Shown: positions 51,645 to 64,000 of the stretch, one piece after another
How the letters are laid out: each line of letters begins with the position of its first letter
Numbering within the stretch: position 1 is the stretch's first letter
Assembly: GCA_000165425.1 (NCBI GenBank)
Contig: CT867985.1
Location: forward strand, 310,001-374,000
Direction of reading: 5' to 3'
Length of the DNA: 64,000 nucleotides
Origin: Paramecium tetraurelia
Taxonomy: Eukaryota
Notes under the pieces: generated by a model
What the model was told of the DNA's origin: nothing
The model's database searches: none
What the model saw: only the letters and a program-made list of their open reading frames with translations
Position numbers and translations under genes: made by a program

Positions 51645-52056
51645 TCAGGTTGCTACATTTTGTTATGATTTCACTTTCTCCGCCTTAACATTATCTAAAT
51701 CGCCATTTTCATCATCACTAGGTACATAAAAACCATCTTGATCGTAGAAATGTTCATGAACAACATCGCCAGGGTGCAAAACAAACCATCCAGCTGGTTG
51801 CCCTTCTTTATCATAATAACAACCATTATAATCTATCCATCTATTACATGTATTGATAATAACCATACCCTCCATCTTCATTAAAAAAATACTATTAGTC
51901 ATCCACTAGAAATCCTATCACATTATCTTATTCATCCTTTAAATCCTTATATTGGCTAAATTTTTCAGGTTGATGTTTTGGTGCATTTTTTAAAATTGGA
52001 GAATCAAAAGGATCAATTCTAAGCCAATCTTTTGAGATTACTTTTTCCTATTACAT
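51645..52056 (-). CDS. Hypothetical protein with F/Y-D-x-x-G repeats
   Basis: FFNEDGGWIDYNGCYYDKEG...FYDQDGFY; one 28-nt intron. Confidence 0.65.
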
Positions 52057-52151
52057 TTATCAATAATTAATGATATTTAATTCATAAATTCCACTCTCAA
52101 TACAATCTATAATATTGTAATTATAAAGCTTATTAAAATTAAACATTATAA

Positions 52152-54200
52152 ATGCAGAAACACATATTAATAGAAAATTAAAAAATAAATAAATGAATAA
52201 AAAATCACCATAGAAGCCAAAACAATAATATTCAGAAGATCAATTTGAGCAGAAATTAAAAGAAAAATATGGATAGAATATTATTTATAAGAATCCAATT
52301 AGTTACACCTAAATGAAAGATTTCAATTTTCGAAATCCTTCTTATGGAGTAACAGTAGAATACAATTTCTTACAAAAAATCCAAGACTAAGGCCTTTTGG
52401 AAAGTTCATAACTTTAATTTTTCATGAATGTATTCAAAAAAGCATACCAAGATGTTAAAGTAATTAAGAATTCATTTTTATATAGTTAGCTGCAGCTTCT
52501 TGTTACTTTTTTAGTGACTTGATTGTAACATAAGAATAAGCGATATAACCTTAATAGTAGCCTATAATTTTTAAGTTGGATTGGAAAAGGCCTACTGTTC
52601 AAGACACACCTTAGGAGTAAAATAAAATTCAGGAACCTCCTAAACCAACTATTGAAAAAGATTTGTCATCTACCTAAAATTATTAATTACAAAATAAATA
52701 GAATAGTCAGGAAATTTAGAAGCTTTCAAAGAACGATAATAATCCATCCGAAATAGAATAAAGTAAATAATAAAAAAAAAACACTTCAAAGAAAGATGCT
52801 GAAATACAATCACCTAAGCATCAAAACTAATAGCCTCTTAATTCTTAAGAAACTTAAAGTAAACCTTCAGGGCAATAGCATCCTCGTTCTGAGATAATAT
52901 AATCTAAACCGCAATAAGATCCTAAATCTTAAGAAGTATTAAGTCAAACTCAACAGCAAGATTTTCATCATAGTAATAGGAAATATAAATAACCTGATAA
53001 TAAATAACATACTTAAGAAAAAGCATTTCAATCTTAAATTTAAGATCCTCATAATGATTAAACAGAATTAGTAAATCCTCCAATGTATTAGCTTAATAAT
53101 ACTTAAGAAATATAAATTGCCTCTATAAAGTAATAATCCACTATTTCTGAAGAAACATAAAGCAACTCTCAAAAATATTCAAAAGAATCTTAACAATTTG
53201 TAGATGTATAAAAAGACTTCTAATAGTAAGAACACCATTAACTAAATTAAATCAAAAATTAGCATGATGAAATAAATGATAAATCTTTGTAATCAAATTA
53301 GAGTAATCAAAAATAATAAGTAATAGGATAAGTAAATCAGCAAACATAATAAACTGGTACATCGAATCAAAAACCAACAAATCATACATCTCAGATAAAT
53401 ACTTCATCTAAAGATTCAACATAAAAAAAACCATAAAATGATTCAACTGCATACAGTATTAATCTAAATTATTCATAGAATCTAAAGAATAAAATCAAAA
53501 TTGGCAAGTAACTTAGGATCAATAACATTTAAATCAAGTTGCAGCCAATTAGGATAATTCCCGAGTTAAAGCTGACCAAAATAAATAAGCATTTTAATAA
53601 AATTAAAAAGAAGTACCAGAAAGTCAGCCTCTAAATTAAGAACCTGCATAAAAAACCTACCATTTTCAATTTACTAGTTAAGCTATAGAATAAAAACCCT
53701 AAAAAGAAATACTTTCGATGCCACAACTTGGTCCATTAATAAAATAATTTGCAGAAAATAATAATTTATCAGAAAATCAATTAAAAAACTAAGATTATTG
53801 GTTTTTCCCAATAAATTAATAATAAACTCATTGGGTTAGTGCAGTAGTGCAATTCAACCCAAAAAAGATCTATTACTTTGATTCTTATTATGAAAAAATT
53901 GATCCTTTAATCAAAAAAGGGATACATTAAATATTAGAATACTGTAATTTTAACTCAAATGATTTTGAAATTATCCCATACTATAATCGATAAGAAAATT
54001 GGTATTGTATTTCATTTGATTTTAGTTACGATTGCGGCATATTTCTGTTGCTTTCTCTCCTGTATACTTTAAGAAGAAAAGAATATAACTACAATTAAAT
54101 ATTGATAAATAAGTATAGACAAAGTATTCTGTATAAGTTGGCTGTTATTGGAGCTTAAGTAGAGATAGAAAAAGACTTTATGGAAGAATTAATTAGCTGA
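52152..54200 (+). CDS. Ulp1/SENP-family (C48) protease with long Gln-rich N-terminal region
   Basis: FFPINQQQTHWVSAV, YFDSY, QENCYDCGIF: His/Asp/Gln/Cys of C48. Confidence 0.8.
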
Positions 54201-54262
54201 AGCTCAACCTTTAACAATATTTATTATATTTTAATTATATTTAAAAATTAATCCTATTACGA

Positions 54263-55300
54263 ATGAAAAAGGAAGCTAATCATAAACCTTAACTCAAACT
54301 TGAAGAGCTGCTGAGACCGTACAAAAACATCAATGTGAGAAAGAACGGTGTTACTATAGATTATTAGTTTCTATTATAATTAGCGAATTAAGAGAGATAA
54401 TTAACATCTCAACATATATTATTTTTTATCACAGTATTTTAGAAGTATTTTTCAAAACAAAGGAAGGTATAATTTAGTTAAATTAGATTTATGTTGCAGA
54501 TCATTATTTTTTTGTTGATTTTATGCCTTAATTGACAAAATAATTACCTACTAATATATTACAAATAGATGATAAGGATTCATTGGAATTAACTATACCC
54601 GATGCCCCTTATCCTCCCCCCTAGCCTAATAATTTATATGAACCTTATTATGATAAATAATAATAGGAGAACACAATTTAAACACCTTAAGATAATCGAT
54701 AAGTAATAGAAAAATATTATGAAAATGAGAATGGGAAGAAATATTAATTTATTGTGTAAAAAATAGAAATTACTAAGGCAGAAGAAGGTAAATTTCGAAT
54801 AAAATCAATGCAAAATAAATTAGATGAATATTTAATATCAAAATCGCTTAATCAATCATTAAATCCTATCTACTAACATGATTTTTCTTTTTTTCCAATT
54901 AATTTAAGAAATGCTCATTGGATAAGTATAATCATTGACCCAAAAAAAGAAATAATTCTCTATTAGGATTCTGCATATGCAGCGATGTCCCAAGACATTA
55001 AGGAAGGAATTTCAAAGATTATAGATTACAAAAAACCTAGCAAAATACAATGGAAACTTTAAACAAAAAGTCCACAATAGAAAACATCACAAGTACAAAT
55101 TTGTTTATTTTTAGGATTGTGGAATTTTTGTTCTCTATGCTTTGTTTATTTTGTTCACCGAAGGTCAATTGGTTCAAGAAAAATAATATGATTAAACTTA
55201 TATAAGCATGGTGAGACAAAATCTTTTCTAGTTAACTGTAAAAGAAGCAGAATCCGATTTGAATCCTGAATTAGTTGAAAGAATTGTCAGGGGTTGCTGA
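54263..55300 (+). CDS. Ulp1/SENP-family (C48) protease, tandem paralog
   Basis: FFPINLRNAHWISI, YQDSA, SPQQKTSQ|DCGIFV. Confidence 0.82.
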
Positions 55301-55342
55301 AACTATTAAATTCATATATTAATAAAGAATATAAATACAAAC

Positions 55343-56674
55343 TCATTTTTTCCAAGGCTTAGTTTTAAACTATTTTTAAACATAAGGATTTGCATTATAT
55401 ACTGCATTTGGTGAATGAGCTCTTTGTCTATTACCCATGGGTTTAAATTATGCATTGGCTTAAATGCTTAATTCTTATTATCTCTACCCTCCAGTGCTAT
55501 TCTTTTTATAGGGAGTGACTTAGAGTCTAGGTGCTCTCAATTAATTAGGTGCTGTTAGAGGTCTTCTCTCATTTTAGGGATTTCCTTAATTTGCATCTTA
55601 ATTGATTTTTTGTTGTGATTTCAAAAAGAACTATTCGCCTGAATCCATAAAATTATTGGCTTGCTTCTTGGGCTTTAATGATTCTTAAATTAACTTAAAA
55701 CTTACAAGTGGCTTCAGGTAGCTATTGTAACTTTGAACTGTCGCTCTTTACAACAACTCTTTTCACGTCTTAAGAGGAGGGCCTTTAATGGACAGGTTGG
55801 ATGGGTTATAAAGGTTAAGTTTGAGACATTACATTAGTTTAGGGACGAGGAGATTATTAAATTTACTACTCATATTAAAGTGTCTTTCCTGTAAGACAAG
55901 ACTTTGTTTCGATAGGTTAAGTTTATTTCTTCTTATTGAATACTATTTTCTCGTAGGGGGGTATGTACATAGTTATTTTTTCAGCAAAACGTAACCTATA
56001 TTTGATAGTTATAGAGTTTACTTTTAAGTTTTAGGCTTTTAATCATGATCTTTGAACTCAGCTACGCCTTGAGGTTAAGCATTCAAATATGTATTTCTCA
56101 ATACCATTTCTTCAGGATCTCCTTATGAAAACACTTCCTCCCAATTATAGGTTTTTGCACCAAAGCCATTCTTTTAGAATTTAGTTTCGATTGCCAACAG
56201 CTAATTAAAAAAATTAGCTCTGATTTCCAAATCCGGTCTTCTGCTATGCATAAATTATAAAGTCTTGTATAGTGTCCATCTATATTTTTTCATAAAATAA
56301 ACGCAAAGAACAGCTATTGATCTATTGTGTCCTCTTATTGAATGTACAATAACACTTTCTCCATTGTTCAATGCATCATCCATAAATTTAATTACTTAAT
56401 TTATCAGATCCTCTTGTTAGAATATAACCTCATTATACACAATTTTACTTAAGTATCGTTATCAATCCATGGCAAGGACATATATACAATTCCTATTGAT
56501 TCCCAATGGTTTGGAATTTGCTTACAAGCACAATTAACTATTCTGGAAACCTTATTAGTTACAATAAATTCTAAGTCCTAGAACGCTGAATCAAATATCT
56601 ACCTAAGAAGCAAACTAATCTCCTAAAAATAACCCATCTTTTATTTTGATAGCACCGATGTAATCGTATTCCAT
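55343..56674 (-). CDS. Dual-specificity phosphatase-like protein, catalytic Cys replaced by Ser
   Basis: IKDGLFLGD, IVNCA, GESVIVHSIRGHNRS, YFMKKYRW, SRRPDL; tail rich in RPxTAP-like motifs. Confidence 0.88.
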
Positions 56675-56738
56675 TATATTGTTAGTATTATAATATATAT
56701 TTATATAAGAAATTATTATTAGATCAAATAAAAAGCAA

Positions 56739-58251
56739 TCAAATTTCAGATGATTTTTTAAGTTCATCATACGAAATTCTCTTCATTTTCAATTAACAAT
56801 TGCTCTAAAAATTAATACTTTTCTCAAAAAGAACCTATTCTAAAGATTGTAAAAATTTGTTAATCTTATACAGATGAATAAACTTCTATAAATTCTCCTT
56901 TTTCAAACTAAATTCAAAAATCAACTAACTATCTCCTGTTATAGATACTCTTATGACAATAAATTCAAGTTCACTGTGTGTAATCATTAATATTCTGCAT
57001 ACTTATAAAAAAAAAACCGAAAACTAATTTTTTGAACCTATCAAACTATAGCCTTCAGTTGTTTATTCAGCATTCATTAAAACATTTGCTGCTCCAACAA
57101 ACTTTATGATATTTTTAAGAACTTCAACTGGATAGTAGTGAACTTCTTTATTTCCATATAAATAAAATCCAGAAATAAATTAAATCGAGATATCAAATAG
57201 CATGTTTTAATATTTTTAAGGTTTTTAAACACATTTGAAAACTTTTCTTATCAAACGATAAAAATGATTAATTTTATCAATGGCTATTTTCTCTTGTACT
57301 GAACATTACGTTGCCCCGACAAATTTAACTAAAAATCTAATTTTATCGGTTATCGTTATTATGAAATCAATTTATGAGTAACCTCGAAAAGTAAATGAAA
57401 ATTCTTCTATAGTGTTACCTTATTCAAAAGAGCTTTTTATTGTACTCAACTTTTCTAACAAATAATTTTCTAATGTTTAATTTTCAAAATAAATATATCT
57501 AATTAAACTTCTTAAATTACAACCATCGCAAAGGTTAGCGTTCCATCTTTTGATTTTACTTTACTTGCTTAAAATAATAGGCTAAAACTAGCCTTGTTAA
57601 TAATCAAACAAGATGAAAGGAACTGAAATAAATTTGGGCAAATATTGTACTATTATAATCAATATTTTTACAGTATCTATCTTCTTTGACAGTCAACAAA
57701 AACTGTTTTCTCTTAGCTTAGCCTATCAAATAATATGCTACAATCTCACTAACTGCTACAAGTACACTATACAATATTGTAACAATTCTTAAATTCTCTT
57801 CCTGATATTTACTCAATATCAACAACTTTAACATACATTGTATTACGATCTATGGGACTATTTAATAATAGTCCAATGACATCATCAAAATCATTTAAGA
57901 CGCTGTAATGTTTGACCCAAGAACAAAACTTCTTTATTAACCATAAGTGTTATCAACCCAAAATTAAGCTATAGAAAAGGAGTAATTTAACAAAGTCATC
58001 ATATTTGAAGAATATTATGGATGTTTAAATATCACAAATAAAGTGATTACCGAAATAATCAATCCTGGAGCTTATAATTCAATTCTTAAAGGAGTATTTT
58101 AATATGAATCAGAAACAAGCTTTCCTATATGCATTAGAATGGATGAAATAGATATAACTTTGAAAATAAAGGTTTTGTAGTTATCTTATTACTTCACCTA
58201 AAATTAATTTTCCAAGGCTTAATTCTCAAATTTAAGTGTCCACTTATTCAT
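56739..58251 (-). CDS. Multi-TM hypothetical protein (MNKWTLKF... / CDGCNLR type)
   Basis: Open code-6 frame with about 5 N-terminal TM segments, one 22-nt intron and an LCDGCNLRSLIR motif. Confidence 0.7.
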
Positions 58252-58350
58252 TTTAATAAGTTAAAATATATGATATTTGATATTTCATCTATTTAGGAAT
58301 AACTAGATACTAAAAATTAACTAATAATATATATTATTTCATATTGTGAC

Positions 58351-59436
58351 TCAAATCGAATTAGATTCTTCATCCTTTTCTATTATTTAAAACTCTTCAT
58401 GTTTTTCACTTGAACTGGCCTTAAATGAGCTTGAATTCTAAGATGAATTTTCTTTACTATTTTCTAATTGCTTAATATCCTAATCATTAATTGATTCCTT
58501 TTAATTAAATAATTACACCTAATCTAAAGCTTTACTTTCAGACTTCTAAACATTATAATAACAATTTGAAGGATCCCCAAATAATAAGGATTCTTATTCA
58601 TGATTTTCTTGAGAATTTATTTATTATTTTTGATTTTCATCATTGTTAACGTTATTGCAAAAATTACTTTTTGTATTATTATGTGGAGCAGCATTTTAAA
58701 AAATATTATTTGCATTAATATTATAAAAAATATTATTTGTATTATTATTTAGAGCAGCATTTCTAAAAATATTATTATCTGGAGGAGCATCTTAAACAAT
58801 ATTATTTGTATTATTATCTGGAGCAGCATTATAAAAAATATTATTTGTATTATTATTTGGAGCAGCATTTAAATTAGGTAAAGATGGATTTTCAAATATA
58901 CTTGTAGAATGACTCTGCTTTTATTGTGGTTGATTATTTGCATCAAAAAATTATTAATAATTAGTTTATTATGATGCTTTTTCTTATTCCAATTAGCTTA
59001 ATTAACATTGTAAATCAGAAAATGCATCCCTCTTTAGTATTTAGGAATCACCAGGGTTTTAAAATGGGTTATATTATTATTGTGGATCAAACTTAGGCTC
59101 ATTTCGACATTGATTATTTAGGTTTAATGCGAAGGGATTATAACCTTTGTCATAAATGTTTGCTAATCTTTCAACATTTTAATTATCAGTTTAAAAATGG
59201 GGCAAGGTAGAACTTACTTTATTTTGATTTATTCCTAATAAATCACTATTGGATTATTATTCCCTTTGGGTTTTATCTATTTGTTAAGATAATTTTTAAA
59301 GCTGTAACCTTAATTAATCATTTTCCATTTTCAATTAGTTTATGATAATAGCTTAGTTATCAATAATTTCTTTTAATTTGGTAAATTAAGCGATCGATTT
59401 TTCAGCATCCTGACTAGTAAATTGATACTTTACCAT
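58351..59436 (-). CDS. Coiled-coil + low-complexity protein with NPF motifs and NAAP repeats
   Basis: MVKYQF..., N-terminal coiled coil, YNPF twice, (NAAPNNNTNNIF) repeats. Confidence 0.7.
58670..58870 (-). repeat. Degenerate ~39-nt coding tandem repeat
   Basis: ggagcagcatt...aaaatattatttgtattatt units recur about 5 times. Confidence 0.8.
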
Positions 59437-59534
59437 TATAATTTTAAATAATATAAATTATTAATTATAAATAATTTGGTTGCTGCTATCAATTATAAGT
59501 CTTGTAATTGAATTAATTTTATAATGCTCACTAC

Positions 59535-60218
59535 TCAATCCTTATATTCTCCATTGTCTGTTTTCCTCGTCATTTCTTTCAATTTCTTTCTCAATCTAAA
59601 ATACATAAGATATTCTAACATTTTGTCTCTGGGAGGTTCATTCTCACTATCAACACTTTGACTTCTGGACACTCGATACTATGGACTACTTCTATTTTTA
59701 GGACTTCTACTTCTGCTTCTACTTTTTGAGCTAATTATTAAATTATGTAAATAAATTACTTTCTCCTTCTTGGTTTTCTTTCCTTTTCCCTCTCTCTCTC
59801 GAATCGATCATAATTTCCTCTTGATTATCTATAATTAATATGCCATTCTACCCTCTGTCATCCCTTGGTCGATCTCTTCTGGGTTCTCTATTCTCATCAT
59901 ATCTGCCTGACTTTTTCGACCATTCAACATTTATTCTCAATCCTTTCAGAATTCATAAACCCTATATCAATACCCTATAAATCTCTTTAATGCAATGCAT
60001 TTTTTGCAGCTTCTGCTTCTTATTCACTTTTATATTAAATAAATGCATACTAATATATTATTATATGTATTTACTCTATCATTATTTTTTACTCTAAAAT
60101 CCACAGTGCAATCACCATGGACCTTAAATTCTCTTTCTATATCCTTCTACTCAACCAATCTTGAAATATTGCCTACAAACAGACTCATTCTTGCATTCCT
60201 AAATTATTGTCTGCTCAT
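59535..60218 (-). CDS. SR-family RRM splicing factor
   Basis: SLFVGNISR (RNP2), YAFIQY (RNP1), INVEWSK, RS/SP-rich tail. Confidence 0.88.
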
Positions 60219-60301
60219 TATAAATTATATGATTTTAATATAAATTATATTTAACTGAAAACATTTAATAAAAAGTTAAAAAAATAAAAATCGTTCAAGA
60301 A

Positions 60302-61279
60302 ATGAGTTAGTTAACGGAAAGCCCAAATAGATTAAATGAACAACCAAGCATTCCTCAAGAGGAAATAATCGACAAATCACAAAAATAGTCAACGTCTTCT
60401 CCCGATAAAGAGAACTCTCAAGAATTGTTTAGATTGTAGAAATAATAATTCTTACAAAAAATGACTTAAGACAACTCATCAAGACGTTAAAAAAAAGTAA
60501 AATATATTATTAATCCATCCTTAGACTATTGGTGACATCAAAGAGGTGTTAAATGTGAATAAACAAATTGTCAATTTCGGATTGGTTATTCCAGGAAATA
60601 TTTGTGAAGACGATATCTAATTTTAAAATCTATCCAATGAAACAGTGATAATAGGCATATAAGTAATATGCAACAACACAGAATTTGATGATCTAGATGA
60701 GTATGTGTATTCAGCTAGAAAACTCAATGGGTATGATTATAATGATCGATTTATGCTTGCCTGTCCAGCATAAAAGCAATTCTCCATGAAAATAGCTCTT
60801 AAAGTTCCCAACGTTAAAGAATAGAAGGGACTCTTTGGCACCATTCTCATCACAGCATCCTATTCTAATCACCAAAAAATCTAAGGCTAAATAAGTGCTT
60901 AAATTTAAAGCCAAATCACTATTCCTTCTATTGAGTGTCCCAAAACCTTGATGAATTGTATATTTCAATCAATAAATTAGCTGTTTATAATCTGCCCGTT
61001 ATTCAAATGGCCTTTAAATTGGGCAAAAAGTTAGATTGCAAGATCCCCTTCAGAAATAATAGTCCAATTGGATTACCTCTTGAAATGGAATTTCTTAATA
61101 AAAATGATAATGAAATACTAATCAATCCACCTACGCTTTCAGTGTAGGGCAATTCTTAATTCTTAGTTACAATCTATATAAAAAGCAAATAAGAATAGAT
61201 TATTAAGAATGTCTTAATAGTTAAAGTTAAAAATTCCAACGTGCATTTTAGTTATCCATTCATTATCAAAATATATTGA
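60302..61279 (+). CDS. Hypothetical protein with Ig-like (ASH/PapD-like) beta-sandwich segments
   Basis: VNFGLVIPGNICEDDIQFQNLSNE; KIPFRNNSPIGLPLE; INPPTLSV. Confidence 0.6.
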
Positions 61280-61374
61280 TTTTACTATATTATAAATAAA
61301 CTATGATTCAATTGATAAAGTATAAATTCGATATCATAAACTTTTGATAATTTTAATAATAATTTGCTTCTACA

Positions 61375-62778
61375 ATGTCATTTAACAAAAAAGGTAGAGA
61401 AGACTTAATGCAAATAACAAACGATGAAGACGGAAGAGAAATCAATCCTCACATGCCTCAATACATTATAAATGCTCCATGTATGATTAAAATTTGATGT
61501 TTTTAGGGTATTTAAAGGAAAGTACACCATCGTTAAAGCATCAAAGAATCAGAAAACAATAGAACTCGAGCACATTTGATAACTGGTACTAAAGAGGATA
61601 AAAAGTATTAATTCTAAAGTGATATAATCTAGGGTCAAAACAATTTAAAATTTAAAAAAGGAGCATGCACTAATTGTGGTTCCACAACTCATTAAAGCAA
61701 AGATTGCTGTGAAAGACCAAGATAAATAGGGGCAAAATTCTCTAATACAGATATTCAACCAGATGATATTTTAACTAATGTTGGAGGTCTGAATTATGAT
61801 GCAAAAAGAGATAGATGGAATGGCTATGATCCAGAGACTTATAAGTCGTAAATCCAAGAATATGAGATTCTAGAGGAAAAACGAAAAGAAACTAGATTGT
61901 AAGAAGGTTAATAAACAGAATCAGGCAATCTCGATGATGAGTTTAAAGATAATGGAACTGGTGAACATTAAACTCAAATGACCACCAGAGATCCAAGGAC
62001 TAAGACTATGACAAGAAATTTACGTATTCGAGAAGATAAAGCCAATTACTTATTGAATTTGGATGTTAATTCAGCATACTTCGATCCAAAATCTAGATCC
62101 TTGAGAGAAAATCCAAATCCCCATTTACCACCTGAGAAATAAGTGTTCAAAGGTCTAAATCAAATTAGATTGACTGGTGAAACTCTATAGATGTATGAAT
62201 AGGAAAGGTTTGCATGGTAATATGCAGAATAACACAATCTAAATCTCAATACAGTTTCTTTACCGACTTTGACTGAAAAGACAGTATGATATTTAATTTT
62301 ATTAAACTAGTACAAATAAATAAAAGTAAAGAAGGAAGAATAGAAAATTGGAAGGGCAGAGAGTTTGTTTGATAGATATGGTGGAGAAGAACATTTAAAT
62401 CCACAAATAGATTTACTATTGGGATAAACAGAAAGATTTGTAGAGTATGAAGAGGATGGTTTACCTAAGAATCCTTTGAAGAAGAAGGACTTAACTAAAA
62501 GCAAATATTTAGAAGATTTCTTTTATGGAGATCATACAAGTGTATGGGGTAGTTGGTGGAGTGATGTTCTTGGATGGGGATATGACTGTTGCTATTCAAA
62601 TGAGAAACATTCAGTTTGTCTTGGAGAAAAGGGAAAAAGATTGCAATTGAACAAAGAAGCTCGATTAAAGAGGGAAATTGAAGAGGACCTTCAAAAAGCA
62701 TAAGTTTAAGATTAAAAATCTAGTCCTATACATCAACAGCCTCCATAACAAATAATCCAATAAATTTAATAACAATGA
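61375..62778 (+). CDS. SLU7: Pre-mRNA splicing factor Slu7
   Basis: [16 protein letters not shown], zinc knuckle [11 protein letters not shown]...[35 protein letters not shown]. Confidence 0.95.
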
Positions 62779-62897
62779 ATTTATTATTATTATTCTTATT
62801 TTAAAATATTAATTATTAATCAATAAAATTAACTAAAATTCTAGCAGACTTGTTTTTAGTAAAAGAAAATACTTGATAGATAATTATATTTAACCAT

Positions 62898-63958
62898 ATG
62901 TAAACTATACAGCTAAAGAATTTGTTAAAAGATCGTAGAGAATTAAAGAAATAGTTCACTCTGAAAAGAAAGCTTGATATAACTTCTATTCCCATTTTAG
63001 TTAGAAATAAAAGTTGTGAATGTTTAGATTGTGGTGGATAAATTATTAAATAAATTGAAGAACATAAAATTAATAATAAAGGGTCTCCCAAATATATTAC
63101 CAAATTTATAGCCTAACATGAAAAATCTAAAAATTTTCACTTTTTATAACATAAACCTTAAACTACTTAAAAGTAAATTTACCTATCGATTGTAGTTTGC
63201 CATTTCCAGATATTGTTCCCAAAAGAGTTCAATAGCCTTCTAGCAATTCTAATGAATAACCCTTAATAAGTCCTACCTTAGAACAACCCAAAAGAGACAT
63301 GAGAAAATTAAGTAGACTAATTGAAAAATATGAAACTACAAAAACTGAAATCGTTTAGTAACAATACTGCAAAACCTTACCTGATGTAGTCTAAAAATCA
63401 AAAAATAAATGCTAATATTTACAAAGATAAAAAACTCAACATCATTCATATATTAAAATACTTCCAATAGGAGATGAAGAGAAGGAATTACAAAATTCTG
63501 GAACAAATAGTAACCATCTTAAAAATTCATCCTAAAAAACCCCGTTAAGAAATTAGGTGTATAAGGAATTGAATGAAAGTTCAATATTAAGATAGTTATA
63601 AACTCCAATCTTATAAAAATCGAAATTTAAAAATTATGTAATCATAGATTTCGCTGATGGAATTAAAAAAGCCATGGAAAAAATCAAAGAAATGGATGAG
63701 TTCTCAAATAATAGTAAGATAGTTAGCACACAGTTTAACGAAGATACAAAAAATAAGAATAGAGGATCTATTTTATTAAAATCTATGTTTGATTGTACAA
63801 AGCTTTTAGAAAAGAATAAAAAAACATTAAAATAGTTAGATGTTTTTGTAAGAACCAAATCTCTAAATCGGAAATCTAGTAAATATGAGAAGCACTATTC
63901 GCCATCAAAAAATTACTCACTTTCGAAGATTTATTTACCTAAAATCATTAAAAGATGA
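62898..63958 (+). CDS. Hypothetical protein (CECLDCG motif)
   Basis: MQTIQLKNLL...RNKSCECLDCGG; a 23-nt intron near 63173 restores the frame to TGA at 63956. Confidence 0.6.
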
Positions 63959-64000
63959 TTGACTTTTATAAATACATATTTTATGTATATTTTTATAAAT

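Noticed and set aside
58670..58870. CRISPR-like array
   Set aside because: In-frame degenerate coding repeats without unique spacers, in a eukaryotic context.

Overview
Very AT-rich, extremely gene-dense eukaryotic DNA. It reads cleanly only with the ciliate genetic code (table 6: TAA/TAG = Gln, TGA the sole stop) and with tiny 20-30 nt GT...AG introns, which points to Paramecium macronuclear DNA (inference). The supplied ORF track treats TAA/TAG as stops, so it fragments real genes and reports many antisense or wrong-frame shadows. Translating by hand gives about 50 genes. These include COQ6, an HSF, RRP5, RPL37A, DENR, GAR1, ATG4, PKA catalytic subunit, DYRK, insulysin, cyclin, PEX10, UNC119, CCT7, SLU7, two Ulp1 proteases, two DsbA-like proteins and several small mitochondrial proteins. 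The most notable feature is a multiply disabled pseudogene (46278-48284) of a longin + clathrin-box + muniscin-type mu-homology protein resembling TCUP/TML of the TSET coat. Several apparently intact genes have lost catalytic or cofactor residues: a Zn-free eL43, a Ser-less acyl carrier protein, a GHAMG lipase, a pseudokinase and a pseudophosphatase. There is also a PH-START-like-CRAL/TRIO fusion, and divergent gene pairs with only about 20 nt between ATGs. No rRNA, tRNA, telomere, transposon or CRISPR feature was recognised. All coordinates were derived by hand and may be off by a few nt; CDS spans include introns.
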